Virus record (IMG/VR): IMGVR_UViG_2721755846_000003
Span: 18,856 to 82,855 of that record
Strand: one strand, 5' to 3'
DNA from: a virus
Lineage: Duplodnaviria; Caudoviricetes
Length of the DNA: 64,000 nucleotides
Part shown: one piece after another, positions 48,347 to 56,416 of the stretch
Layout: each line of letters opens with the position of its first letter
Numbering within the stretch: the first letter of the stretch is position 1
Position numbers and translations under genes: made by a program
Notes under the pieces: model-generated
What the model saw: the letters and a program-made list of their open reading frames with translations, nothing else
What the model was told of the DNA's origin: nothing
The model's database searches: none

Positions 48347-49066
48347 GCGTCAGTTTGCGTGGATGACCAGTACTTCGAGGTGGGCGACGACGGGCGGCTG
48401 ACGCTCATCCCCGGGCAGCAAGGCCTGCGAAACATCCTGTACTTCAAGACCCCCGGGGCCGACACCTTCAAGAAGGCTGACTATCCATGGCTCGCGCGGG
48501 TGTTCGTCATGGTGCAGGCCGGTGGGGGAGGCGCGGCTGGCGCTCGCGCGAACGCCAACCAGTTGGTGGCGCAGCCGGGGGGCTCGGGTGGCGGGTACGC
48601 GGAGCGGCTGATCGCGGCGTCCGCGCTCGGCGCCACGGAGGCCATCGTCGTCGGCGACGCCGGCATCGCGGGCACGCCGACCGTGGACGGCGGCCCGGGC
48701 GGTAACTCCTCCTTCGGTGGCCTGTGCACCGCGCTGGGCGGCAACCCGGGCCAGGCCGTCATGCCGTCCGGGGCGACGCCCATGTGCCTGTCGGGTACCT
48801 CCGGGCCCCTCGCCGGGGTGGGTGATATGGCGCAGGGCGGGGGCCCCGGCGGCGGAGCCCTGCGGATCAGCGGCGGTGAGGGTCAGAGCGGGGAGGGCGG
48901 GGAGTCCCGGCTGGGCCACGGCGGATGGCAGCGCTCCTCCTCGGGCGGCGGTGGCGCGGGCCGCGGCTACGGCGGCGGCGCGGCCGGCGCCCTGGCCAGG
49001 GACGGCGACAGCGTGAACGGCACCCCTGGCGGCGCGGGCATCGTCATCGTGTACCTGTACGGCTGA
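48344..49066 (+). CDS. Glycine-rich tail protein
   Basis: VQAGGGG, GGSGGGYAE, GGNSSFG, GYGGG, GGAGIVIV. Confidence 0.8.
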   Translation: MASVCVDDQYFEVGDDGRLTLIPGQQGLRNILYFKTPGADTFKKADYPWLARVFVMVQAGGGGAAGARANANQLVAQPGGSGGGYAERLIAASALGATEAIVVGDAGIAGTPTVDGGPGGNSSFGGLCTALGGNPGQAVMPSGATPMCLSGTSGPLAGVGDMAQGGGPGGGALRISGGEGQSGEGGESRLGHGGWQRSSSGGGGAGRGYGGGAAGALARDGDSVNGTPGGAGIVIVYLYG

Positions 49067-49070
49067 CCCC

Positions 49071-49210
49071 GTGTCCTGGACGCGTCCGGACACCCGTGTC
49101 CGGGCAGTGTCCGTGCAGGTCAGCCGTGTCCGGTGCTCATGTCCCGGATGGTGTCTGCGCGTTGTCCGGACATCGGCCCGGACATGTCCGCGATGGTGTC
49201 CGGGCAGGCC
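49071..49210 (-). repeat. GGACA/TGTCC iteron cluster with CTGACCTGC core, copy B (intergenic)
   Basis: About 10 (T)GTCC/GGACA units; reverse complement matches 17822..17960. Confidence 0.72.
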
Positions 49211-49215
49211 GCCGA

Positions 49216-49284
49216 TAGACTCGACGGTGCGCCGCTGGTTTAGGTCCGGGCCACGATCAACCCCCAAGGACGGTGGGATCAGTG
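49216..49284 (+). promoter_or_regulatory. Late leader motif, locus 7
   Basis: TAGACT 49216-49221; GCCGCTGGTTTAGGTCCGGGC 49231-49251; GCCACGATC / GATCAGTGGC stem covers GTG 49282. Confidence 0.78.
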
Positions 49285-50118
49285 GCGAGGTGCGGATGCG
49301 CCGGAGGCGCGTGCAACTGCGCGGTGGAGTCCGGGACCAACGTCAGCGTCAGCGGCTCCGGATCGGCGGCCAACCCGTACGTCATCAGCGCGGCGACTCC
49401 ATGCGCGGACGTGAGGGCGTGTCTGTCCGCCGGGCCCGGCATCAACCTGGACCAGGCCACCGGCGCAATTTCCGCGGACCTGTCCGGGCAGGCAGGCAAC
49501 AACGTGACGATCGGGCCGGACGGCGGCCTGTACGTGCCCACAGCCGGCGGCGCGGTGCTCACGGGCTGCGGCCTGGTCGGCAACGGCACCGCGAGCGCCC
49601 CCGTCAAGGCAAAGACCGGGACGTGGCCGTACCCGTGCAGCCTCGACACGTTCGGCGGAGTGGTGGCGTGCGACAGCAACGGCGTCCTGCGGGGCGAGCC
49701 GCGCGGCAGGCTCTCGTTCGCGTCCTACTTCGACAACCGGGACTATCCCGACGTGCCGGTCCCGGCCGCCCAGAACACGGTGCTGGACAACTTCACGGTC
49801 AACGTGACCAACCCCGACACGTGCCGCACCGCCATGGTGCTGACGGAGCGGGAGGTGGACGTGTATGTCGTGCTGCCGGCCGGGGCCGCCGCGGGCACCG
49901 GGCACAGCAATGACGAGATGTACTACATGCGCAACAGCGGCACGAGCACCATCGTTGGCACGCACGTCCAGACCACCAAGTTCCTGGCGGAGCCGGCCCT
50001 GCTCGCCCCCGGCGCGACGATGCCGGTGACGCTGACCGCGACCGGTGGCCGCGGCGCGGGCGGCGCCTACTACTACGGCATCAACTTTGTCCTCCGGACC
50101 ATGATCATCAGCCTGTGA
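49282..50118 (+). CDS. Short tail-fibre-like protein, paralog of 32673
   Basis: CNC..V.GSGSAANPYVISA, CADVRAC, GCGL.GNGT shared with 32673; different C-terminus. Confidence 0.75.
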   Translation: MARCGCAGGACNCAVESGTNVSVSGSGSAANPYVISAATPCADVRACLSAGPGINLDQATGAISADLSGQAGNNVTIGPDGGLYVPTAGGAVLTGCGLVGNGTASAPVKAKTGTWPYPCSLDTFGGVVACDSNGVLRGEPRGRLSFASYFDNRDYPDVPVPAAQNTVLDNFTVNVTNPDTCRTAMVLTEREVDVYVVLPAGAAAGTGHSNDEMYYMRNSGTSTIVGTHVQTTKFLAEPALLAPGATMPVTLTATGGRGAGGAYYYGINFVLRTMIISL

Positions 50119-50129
50119 GGAGTGCGACT

Positions 50130-50519
50130 ATGTCCCTGGGACTTCCCGGTCTGCCCGGCTGGCCGTGGCCGTGGCCTGACGGCGACGACCCGACGACGCC
50201 GCCCGAGCCGACGACGCATTACGTCCTGTACCCGGACGGCCACATCGGCCAGATCACCGCCACCGGCGCGGATCCCGTACTCACCGAGGGCGCCAAGCTG
50301 CTGACGCAAGAGCAGTACGAGGAGACGCGCGCCCAGATGCTGGAGGCGCATGAGGCGCGCCTGACGGAGCTCCAGGCCGGGGAGGAAGCGGCACGCCTCC
50401 AGCAGTACAAGGACCTGCGGGCGGTGGGCCTGCCGGAGGCGACCGCGCGGTCCTTGTCCGGCTACACCGGCCAGGCCGCGGCCGGCGACGCCCAGGGCGC
50501 CGCGCAGACGGCCGGTTAG
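50130..50519 (+). CDS. Fibre chaperone-like hypothetical protein
   Basis: GAGGAG SD; follows fibre gene; LLTQEQY...GLPEATARSLSGY. Confidence 0.68.
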   Translation: MSLGLPGLPGWPWPWPDGDDPTTPPEPTTHYVLYPDGHIGQITATGADPVLTEGAKLLTQEQYEETRAQMLEAHEARLTELQAGEEAARLQQYKDLRAVGLPEATARSLSGYTGQAAAGDAQGAAQTAG

Positions 50520-50633
50520 ACTCCTAAGCAGTCGCTGGTTCAGGGCCGGACGAGGCGCCCCGCTACGGGAGTGATCCGCCTTGTCCCACGACCACCGCAC
50601 CAGCAACGTGCCCGGCCGGGACGGCTGCTGATG
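50517..50633 (+). promoter_or_regulatory. Late leader motif, locus 8 (endolysin), with candidate uORF
   Basis: TAGACT 50517-50522; GTCGCTGGTTCAGGGCCGGAC 50531-50551; GGACGAGGCG / CGCCTTGTCC stem. Confidence 0.8.
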
Positions 50634-51740
50634 TCCGCCCCGATGACGCCCGCCGACTGGCGGGCCGCCCTCAAGGCGGAGGGCGTCCCCTTCACCGAGC
50701 TGGAGGGATGGACCACCCGCGGCCGAGACGCCGCCACCGGCAAGGTGTTCGGGCCGGTCCACGGCGTCCTCAACCACCACACCGCCGGCCGGGACTCCCT
50801 CCAGTCCATCGCCTACCGGGGCCAGAGCGCGGCCGTCCCGGCCCCGCTCGCCCACGCCCTGCTGCCCAGGACCGGCCGCCTGGTGCTCGTCGCCGACGGC
50901 CGCGCCAACCATGCCGGCCTGGCCGCGAAGAACTCCTTCGACGCGATCGTGGCCGAGAAGCCGATCCCCAAGCCGTCCAAGGCGAGCGGCACGGTGGACG
51001 GCAACGATGCCCTGTACGGCCTGGAGGTCGAGAACCTCGGGGACGGCAAGGACACGTACACCCGCGCCCAGTACGACAGCTGGGTGCGGTTCAACGCCGC
51101 CATCTGCCGCCACCACGACTGGGGCGCCGGGAGCTGCGCCGGCCACCTGGAGACCAGTGTGGAGGGCAAGGTGGACCCGCTCGGCCCGGTGGAGGGCTAC
51201 GGCAAGCGCGGGCGATTTCAGTTCACCATGACCCAGCTGCGGGCCGACGTCGCGGAGCGCCTGGCGCACCCGGCGAGCTGGAGCCCCGAGCAGGCGAGCA
51301 CCCCCCAGGAGGTCACCGTGGAAGGGCCCGCGTACGTCAACCTCGGCTTGGAGCACAGCTACCAGCTTGCGCCCGGCCTGTGGGACGAGATCGGTTTCAC
51401 CGAGGAGTGGAGCGATGACCTCGGCCAGCACGCCGCCGACAGCGAGGTGTTCATCACCGGCCCGGCCCGCTTCACCGGCTCCCTCTCGCTCCGGCTGGAG
51501 GGCCTGCCCGTGGGCGACGTCGTCCAGGTCCGCATGAGCGAGTGGGAGGGCAGCACCCTCAAGGCCCTGCACCCGATCCACGAGGTGATCGGCACCCCGG
51601 GCGGCGCCTACAGCGTGGTGCCCCTGGTCAAGCGGCTCGGCTCGGGCCGCTCCATGCGCGTCCGGCTGCTCGCCCAGAGCGCCGGCGGGATCGAGGTAGC
51701 CAGCGCCGTCCTGACGGCCCTGGTGTGGAAGGAGTCCTGA
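50631..51740 (+). CDS. Endolysin, N-acetylmuramoyl-L-alanine amidase
   Basis: GVLNHHTAG, GRANHAG, YGLEVEN, GHLE...KVDP Amidase_2 motifs. Confidence 0.9.
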   Translation: MSAPMTPADWRAALKAEGVPFTELEGWTTRGRDAATGKVFGPVHGVLNHHTAGRDSLQSIAYRGQSAAVPAPLAHALLPRTGRLVLVADGRANHAGLAAKNSFDAIVAEKPIPKPSKASGTVDGNDALYGLEVENLGDGKDTYTRAQYDSWVRFNAAICRHHDWGAGSCAGHLETSVEGKVDPLGPVEGYGKRGRFQFTMTQLRADVAERLAHPASWSPEQASTPQEVTVEGPAYVNLGLEHSYQLAPGLWDEIGFTEEWSDDLGQHAADSEVFITGPARFTGSLSLRLEGLPVGDVVQVRMSEWEGSTLKALHPIHEVIGTPGGAYSVVPLVKRLGSGRSMRVRLLAQSAGGIEVASAVLTALVWKES

Positions 51741-51744
51741 CCTC

Positions 51745-52008
51745 ATGAGCCTCAACGGTTTCCAGCTCCCGGACGGCGGAGCGGTCCTGCGTACGGCCGA
51801 GACGTACGCGCGCGACCTGTTCGAGCGGGTCCTCAACACCGCGGCGGCCGGGTTCCTCGCCGCGTTCATCCCGGCCCAGGCCGCCGACGCTTCCATGTGG
51901 TACGCCGCTGGCGGCGCCGCAGTCGGCGCGGTGTACTCCCTCATCAAGGGCATGGTGGCCCGGGCAATCGGCGACCCCAACAGCGCCAGCCTGTCCCGAA
52001 AGGTGTAG
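51745..52008 (+). CDS. Holin (r1t-like)
   Basis: DLFERVLNT, two TM segments, IGDPNSASL tail; follows endolysin. Confidence 0.78.
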   Translation: MSLNGFQLPDGGAVLRTAETYARDLFERVLNTAAAGFLAAFIPAQAADASMWYAAGGAAVGAVYSLIKGMVARAIGDPNSASLSRKV

Positions 52009-52011
52009 CGG

Positions 52012-52296
52012 ATGAGCACGCCGGAGGGGGCGGTGGCGGTCGAACTGGAGCGTCTGCGCGGCGCCGTGGCAACTGGGTTCGCGGAGGTCAAAGGCTCGTT
52101 GTCTGTCCTGATGGAGCGGTCCACGCGCACTGAGCAGGACCTGGCGCGGCTGCGTGAGGACACGGACAAGGAGATCGACGCCCTCAAGTCGGAGGTGGAG
52201 CAGCTCAAGGCCAGACGCTGGCCGCTGGGAGTGCTCGGAGCCGTGGCTGGCGTTGCTGGCGCTGCGACAGGAGCGATCTCTCTGTTCGTGCGCTGA
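52012..52296 (+). CDS. Coiled-coil protein with C-terminal TM (lysis accessory)
   Basis: VAVELERLRG..GFAEV.G.L...RRWP then TM. Confidence 0.72.
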   Translation: MSTPEGAVAVELERLRGAVATGFAEVKGSLSVLMERSTRTEQDLARLREDTDKEIDALKSEVEQLKARRWPLGVLGAVAGVAGAATGAISLFVR

Positions 52297-52317
52297 CCGC
52301 CCCCGGCGGCCCAAGAC

Positions 52318-52355
52318 GGACGCCCGCCCCTCTGTGTCCGGGGGGTGGGCGTTCC
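52318..52355 (+). terminator. Terminator ending the late region
   Basis: GGACGCCCGCCCC / GGGGTGGGCGTTCC followed by TTGT. Confidence 0.65.
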
Positions 52356-52450
52356 TTGTGCCATTATGTCCGGCCCGATGAGACGGAGGCGATGGTGACG
52401 ACCCTTCACCTGGAGCGCGCGGAGTACGCCCGGCTGGGGGGCGGTGCCCG

Positions 52451-52891
52451 GTGAGCGAGCAGGAGACGGTGGACCGGATCAACGCCATGCTGGCGGAGAT
52501 GCCGCCGCTGGCCGCCGCGGCCCTGGTCCAGCAGTGGCACAAGGATGCCGCGCGGATGGGCGCCCAGGCGCTGGAGCCGCCGCCCCTGATGCGCGCCCCG
52601 GAGTTCCCATGGGGGCTGCACGGCCTCAACGCCACGGTGGCCCGGTACGAGTGCCGTCAGCCCGGGTGCTCCACGGTGTACCTGGAGCAGGCGGACGAGC
52701 TGCCCGGGCCGCTGACGCTGCCGGCGAACTTCACCGCCGATGACGTATCGGCAGCCATCACCGCCCAGGCGGACGAGCGCAGCCAGCTGCGGCTGGACCG
52801 CGTACAGCAGGCGTTCACCGAGCACTACCGCACCGAGCACCCCGAGGCACTGGAGGAGATCCATGGGACACCGTCCCCGGCCGCGCGCTGA
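52451..52891 (+). CDS. Hypothetical protein
   Basis: 146 aa ORF, CxxxxC...HxxxxH. Confidence 0.6.
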   Translation: MSEQETVDRINAMLAEMPPLAAAALVQQWHKDAARMGAQALEPPPLMRAPEFPWGLHGLNATVARYECRQPGCSTVYLEQADELPGPLTLPANFTADDVSAAITAQADERSQLRLDRVQQAFTEHYRTEHPEALEEIHGTPSPAAR

Positions 52892-53177
52892 CCGCGCCCG
52901 CCACCAGATCGAGCGGGCCGCCCACCTGCCCGCCTGCCCGTGGTGCAAGCACCCGATCCAGGCCCACGACGTGCAGGCCGGACAGCGGGTGTGCACCCGC
53001 GGCCATGAGGAGCCGTCCTGCCGGGACTGCCGGGAGATTCGCAACAACCTGACCGGCGCGGGTCTGCAACTGTGGACATTCGCCCGGATCATGTCGAGCC
53101 CGCCCAGCGCGCGGCCGGCGCCGCTGGCGTTCGGGCGGCCGGTGGCCTCAGCCGCAGCCCGGTCCGTGCAACGGTGA
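52863..53177 (+). CDS. Small zinc-finger-like protein
   Basis: GGAGGAG SD; CPWCKH...H...C...CRDC. Confidence 0.6.
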   Translation: MGHRPRPRADRARHQIERAAHLPACPWCKHPIQAHDVQAGQRVCTRGHEEPSCRDCREIRNNLTGAGLQLWTFARIMSSPPSARPAPLAFGRPVASAAARSVQR

Positions 53178-53181
53178 CCGC

Positions 53182-53388
53182 ATGGGAGCGCTGAGCGAAG
53201 AGCAGGCCCGTGAGCGCCTGGTGCTCCACGCCGAGCAGCTCCGGGAGGCCCTAGTGGCGACGGAGCCGGAGGGCGGCGAGGGCGCCCTGGAGGAGGGCAG
53301 TCCGCAGGACGTGCTGCGGTCGGCTGCGTTCCGGCTGCTGACCACCATCGACCTCATGACCGCCGCCGAGGAGCAGCCGCCTGGGTAA
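53182..53388 (+). CDS. Small hypothetical protein
   Basis: 68 aa helical ORF, high GC3. Confidence 0.55.
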   Translation: MGALSEEQARERLVLHAEQLREALVATEPEGGEGALEEGSPQDVLRSAAFRLLTTIDLMTAAEEQPPG

Positions 53389-53476
53389 CGGCGCCCCTGG
53401 CCCGGGCTGGTGTCAGACCTCCGTCATAGCGTGGGAGTCGTCCAGAGAGCTGTGTGCTACTTCTGGCGCATGTGAA

Positions 53477-53512
53477 GCGCCCCGCCCCGGCGTGGAAACC
53501 GGAGCGGGGCGC
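53477..53512 (-). terminator. Stem-loop
   Basis: GCGCCCCGCCCCGG / CCGGAGCGGGGCGC. Confidence 0.55.
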
Positions 53513-53520
53513 ACCCATGA

Positions 53521-53694
53521 TCAGGCAGCCGTGATCACGTCGTCGCGGGAGAGCTGTGACCACAGCGACAGCAGGTGCCGGTACTTCTCGGCGCGCGTGA
53601 TGCTGGCCGGCTCGTCCATCAGGCGGCGAATGAGGTCGTTGACCTCGTCGAGGGCGCGCGGCGCCTGGCCGTCAGGCCCGGAAGAGTTGGACAT
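53521..53694 (-). CDS. Small hypothetical protein (57 aa, not in ORF track)
   Basis: MSNSSGPDGQAPRALDEVNDLIRRLM...YRHLLSLW...TAA; GAGG upstream; followed by a stem-loop. Confidence 0.55.
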   Translation of the reverse strand: MSNSSGPDGQAPRALDEVNDLIRRLMDEPASITRAEKYRHLLSLWSQLSRDDVITAA

Positions 53695-53788
53695 GGCCTC
53701 ACCGTACGGGGAGGGTCTGACAATCGCGACTGTGTTCTATTCTTCGTTTGAGGTGACAGTTGCTCGTCGCCCAGAACAGGACACCGAC

Positions 53789-53989
53789 ATGACAACCCCA
53801 GTGCCCCCGATCACGGAGCCCGACCCCAGCACCATGATCTGCCCTGGCAGCCACATCGGGCTGTGCGCGGGATGCCAGCGGCAGACCTGGCGGTACGGCC
53901 CTGGCGGGCTCCCGCTGTGCACCTGGTGTTTTGCCGCGCAGCGGGAGAAGTGGGGCAGCGGGGTGCGGTTCACCAGCACCCGCGGGTAG
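53789..53989 (+). CDS. Small CxxC-CxxC protein
   Basis: CAGCQRQTWRYGPGGLPLCTWC; AGGA SD. Confidence 0.6.
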   Translation: MTTPVPPITEPDPSTMICPGSHIGLCAGCQRQTWRYGPGGLPLCTWCFAAQREKWGSGVRFTSTRG

Positions 53990-54027
53990 CCCGGCCTTGC
54001 CCGAGATCGGCAAGGCCGGACCGCGTG

Positions 54028-54612
54028 TCAGCCCTGCTTCTCGCTGAGCGCCGAGCGCAGCCAGTCCAGTGAGCCGGTTTCCAGGACCGCGTCCGCCAGG
54101 GCGTTCCCCGCCTTGGTGACGATGCGGCCGCGGCTGTTGTCGATCCAGCGCTGTGCGTTCTCGTAGCCCTGGGCCTTGTACTCGATGCCCTGGATCATGC
54201 ACTCCAATTTGTCTGCGTCGCGGGCGCAGATCGCCTCCGGGGAGTCCTTGGCCTCGTACTCGGCGACGAGCTCGGTGAGAGCCTCGGCCAGGATGCCCGG
54301 CATGCCGGCGACCTGGTCGGCCGTGATGTCGCGAGGGTCGGCCTCTCCGGCCGTGTACTTCTTGCCGAGGTGGTTCACGTCACCGGTGCGCGTCTCTCCG
54401 GTGTCGTGCCACACGGCGAGGAACGCCGCACGCGCCGGGTCCGCGCCTTCGAGCTTGGCAATGATCGTCGCGATCAGCGCAGTGCGCCAGGAGTGCTCTG
54501 CCACTGTCTCGGGCTGGCGTACACCCGCCATCCACCACCCGGTGCGAGCGGTGTGCTTGAGCGTCCCCGCCTCGTACAGGAAGTTCGCCACCGCTGACAG
54601 GTCCTCTGTCAC
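54028..54612 (-). CDS. HD-domain hydrolase (YfbR/HDDC2-like 5'-deoxynucleotidase family)
   Basis: LKHTARTGW, ETVAEHSWR, WHDTGETRTGD, DADKLE. Confidence 0.88.
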   Translation of the reverse strand: MTEDLSAVANFLYEAGTLKHTARTGWWMAGVRQPETVAEHSWRTALIATIIAKLEGADPARAAFLAVWHDTGETRTGDVNHLGKKYTAGEADPRDITADQVAGMPGILAEALTELVAEYEAKDSPEAICARDADKLECMIQGIEYKAQGYENAQRWIDNSRGRIVTKAGNALADAVLETGSLDWLRSALSEKQG

Positions 54613-54624
54613 CTCGGACTCCTC

Positions 54625-55740
54625 TCACGCCTCGGCGAGGCGGATTGCGTACTGGATGCTCTCCAGCTCCCGGCGAGCGCGCGCCGACAGCTCCCGGCTA
54701 TCCAACATCACCGTGAGGCGTTCGCGTAGAGCGCGGCCTGCTGCACCGGATCGCAGCAGGTTGGGGCGGATCTGGAGAAGGGACCACACGCTGTGGACGT
54801 TCAGGTCCACGTACCCGTGATGCGAGGCGAGGCCAGCAGAGAGGTGCGTGAGGAGCCGTTCGCCAGGCCATGGGCCGGGCGTGCGGCGTGCGATGAAGTC
54901 GTCGGACAACTCCAGGTGCGGGGTCTCCCCGAGCCAGTACGCCCAGTAGTTGAGGTTCGCGGCCTCGCCTGCCTCGTCACCTGTGAGGTCGTTGTCGATG
55001 AAGTAGTTCATGCGGTCGCGGTCGCCTTGCCGGGCGGCGACTGCCGCGACGGAGCGGCTGTTGAGCCAGCGGGTGAGCCAGTCTTGGGGCCGCTCGATGC
55101 TCTGCTGGTAGGCGAGCCATTCCGGAGTGTCGGCCTGGTTGTCGTATCCGGAGAGGTAGAGGGCCTGGCGGCGGAGGAGGAACTGCTGCTGGCCGCGGGC
55201 CTGCTCGGCCGTACGGCGCATCTGCCGGAAGAACGTGGCCCGGTCGCCCGACGGCAGCTCGGGCCCGGCGGGCGTGGGGCCTCGGCGCGTCCGGGGAGGC
55301 GAGGGGAGCTCACGTACGGGCTGAGGCGGTACGCCGTTGAGGGGCCAGGCCAGCAGCTCGACCAGGTCGCGTTGCATCACCCAGGCCCCGAGCGGGCTCT
55401 CCTCGACTGGGGCCTCGTCGTCTAACGCGCTCGCGAGGAGCACGTCTGCTTCCAGGGCGCGCTCAAGGGCTTGGAGGAGAGCGGGCGCGGTGCCCATCTG
55501 CATGAGCCGGTGGCGGTGCATGAGCATCTGCCCGGTAGGTACAGCGGTAAGGGGGCGGCGTCCGGTTTCCCAGCCGGCGATCGTGTCCGCGCTGACTTTT
55601 AGGAGTTCGGCCGCCTCTTCCTGAGTGCGCCCCTGTTGCTCTCGTATCACGCGAAATACGTAGCCCGAGATGACGCCCGCGCGGGGGCGACTGGATGAAC
55701 CCTGACTGCCGGTCAGGGTGGGTGGCGAACTCGGACGCAT
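54625..55740 (-). CDS. XRE-family HTH regulator with large C-terminal domain
   Basis: [31 protein letters not shown]; start uncertain; one in-frame TTA. Confidence 0.82.
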   Translation of the reverse strand: MRPSSPPTLTGSQGSSSRPRAGVISGYVFRVIREQQGRTQEEAAELLKVSADTIAGWETGRRPLTAVPTGQMLMHRHRLMQMGTAPALLQALERALEADVLLASALDDEAPVEESPLGAWVMQRDLVELLAWPLNGVPPQPVRELPSPPRTRRGPTPAGPELPSGDRATFFRQMRRTAEQARGQQQFLLRRQALYLSGYDNQADTPEWLAYQQSIERPQDWLTRWLNSRSVAAVAARQGDRDRMNYFIDNDLTGDEAGEAANLNYWAYWLGETPHLELSDDFIARRTPGPWPGERLLTHLSAGLASHHGYVDLNVHSVWSLLQIRPNLLRSGAAGRALRERLTVMLDSRELSARARRELESIQYAIRLAEA

Positions 55741-55861
55741 GACTGCCCCAATCCCGGTGACTGACGGCAACCTACCTGTACTCCCGGTCACTTCAGCAGC
55801 TGAGCGAGGGTTTCTACCGTCGTAGTCATCACCAGACGAGCCTAGTAGGGAGGCTCTCCGC

Positions 55862-56416
55862 ATGTGCTCCGATGCTGAAGCCCGCGCCCCGATGGAGGCG
55901 GCCCCCGGGGTGGTGGTCCACCCCGGGCAAGACCGTGACCTGGCGGTGGAGCACTGGTTGTGCTGTGCCTCGCCGGAGCCGCAGGAGGCGCGTCAGGCCT
56001 GGCGGGATGAGGAAGTGCCGCTGCTGCGATGCGGCATCCTGTTCACCGCCGTCAGCCTTCCCGGCTACCTCATCCACAGTGTGGCCGGGAGCACGGAACC
56101 CGCCGAGGTGGATGCCTTCCTGGCTCAAGCCTTGGAAGGGGGTCCGGTCATCGCGTCGGGCGGCCTCAGGCGGTACTGGGCGCTGGTGCCTCCCAGTGCC
56201 GTCGACGGGTGGACGGACCCCGCCAGTGAGTGCCTCGCACCCGGGACCTTCCTAGGGGTTCCGCCTATCCATCGGAGAACGCACCAGCCGGGTCTGTCGT
56301 ACTGGTCGGTGGCCATGGACAGCCCAGCCGTCCTCTGCTCTACGGGTCTCGTCAGCCGGCTGTCCCGGATGGGGCAGACCCGCCACCGCGCCCAACTCGA
56401 GCGTGAGGGCGCCTGA
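55862..56416 (+). CDS. Hypothetical protein (degenerate primase-polymerase-like, Streptomyces type)
   Basis: VEHWL..A, LLRCG..F.AV.LP, GGPVI, YWALVP, LGVP motifs. Confidence 0.6.
   Translation: MCSDAEARAPMEAAPGVVVHPGQDRDLAVEHWLCCASPEPQEARQAWRDEEVPLLRCGILFTAVSLPGYLIHSVAGSTEPAEVDAFLAQALEGGPVIASGGLRRYWALVPPSAVDGWTDPASECLAPGTFLGVPPIHRRTHQPGLSYWSVAMDSPAVLCSTGLVSRLSRMGQTRHRAQLEREGA

Larger units (their letters stand above)
679..52355 (+). mobile_element. Tailed-phage (siphovirus-like) packaging/head/tail/lysis region; prophage or phage-plasmid, true boundaries not visible
   Basis: Colinear terS-terL-portal-head-capsid-major tail-chaperones-tape measure-minor tails-endolysin-holin on + strand, many overlapping stop/start codons. 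Confidence 0.93.

Noticed and set aside
19214-50551. Repeated late motif as a CRISPR repeat
   Set aside because: Copies are kilobases apart with no spacer array (only one tandem pair, 5 nt apart) and no cas genes are present
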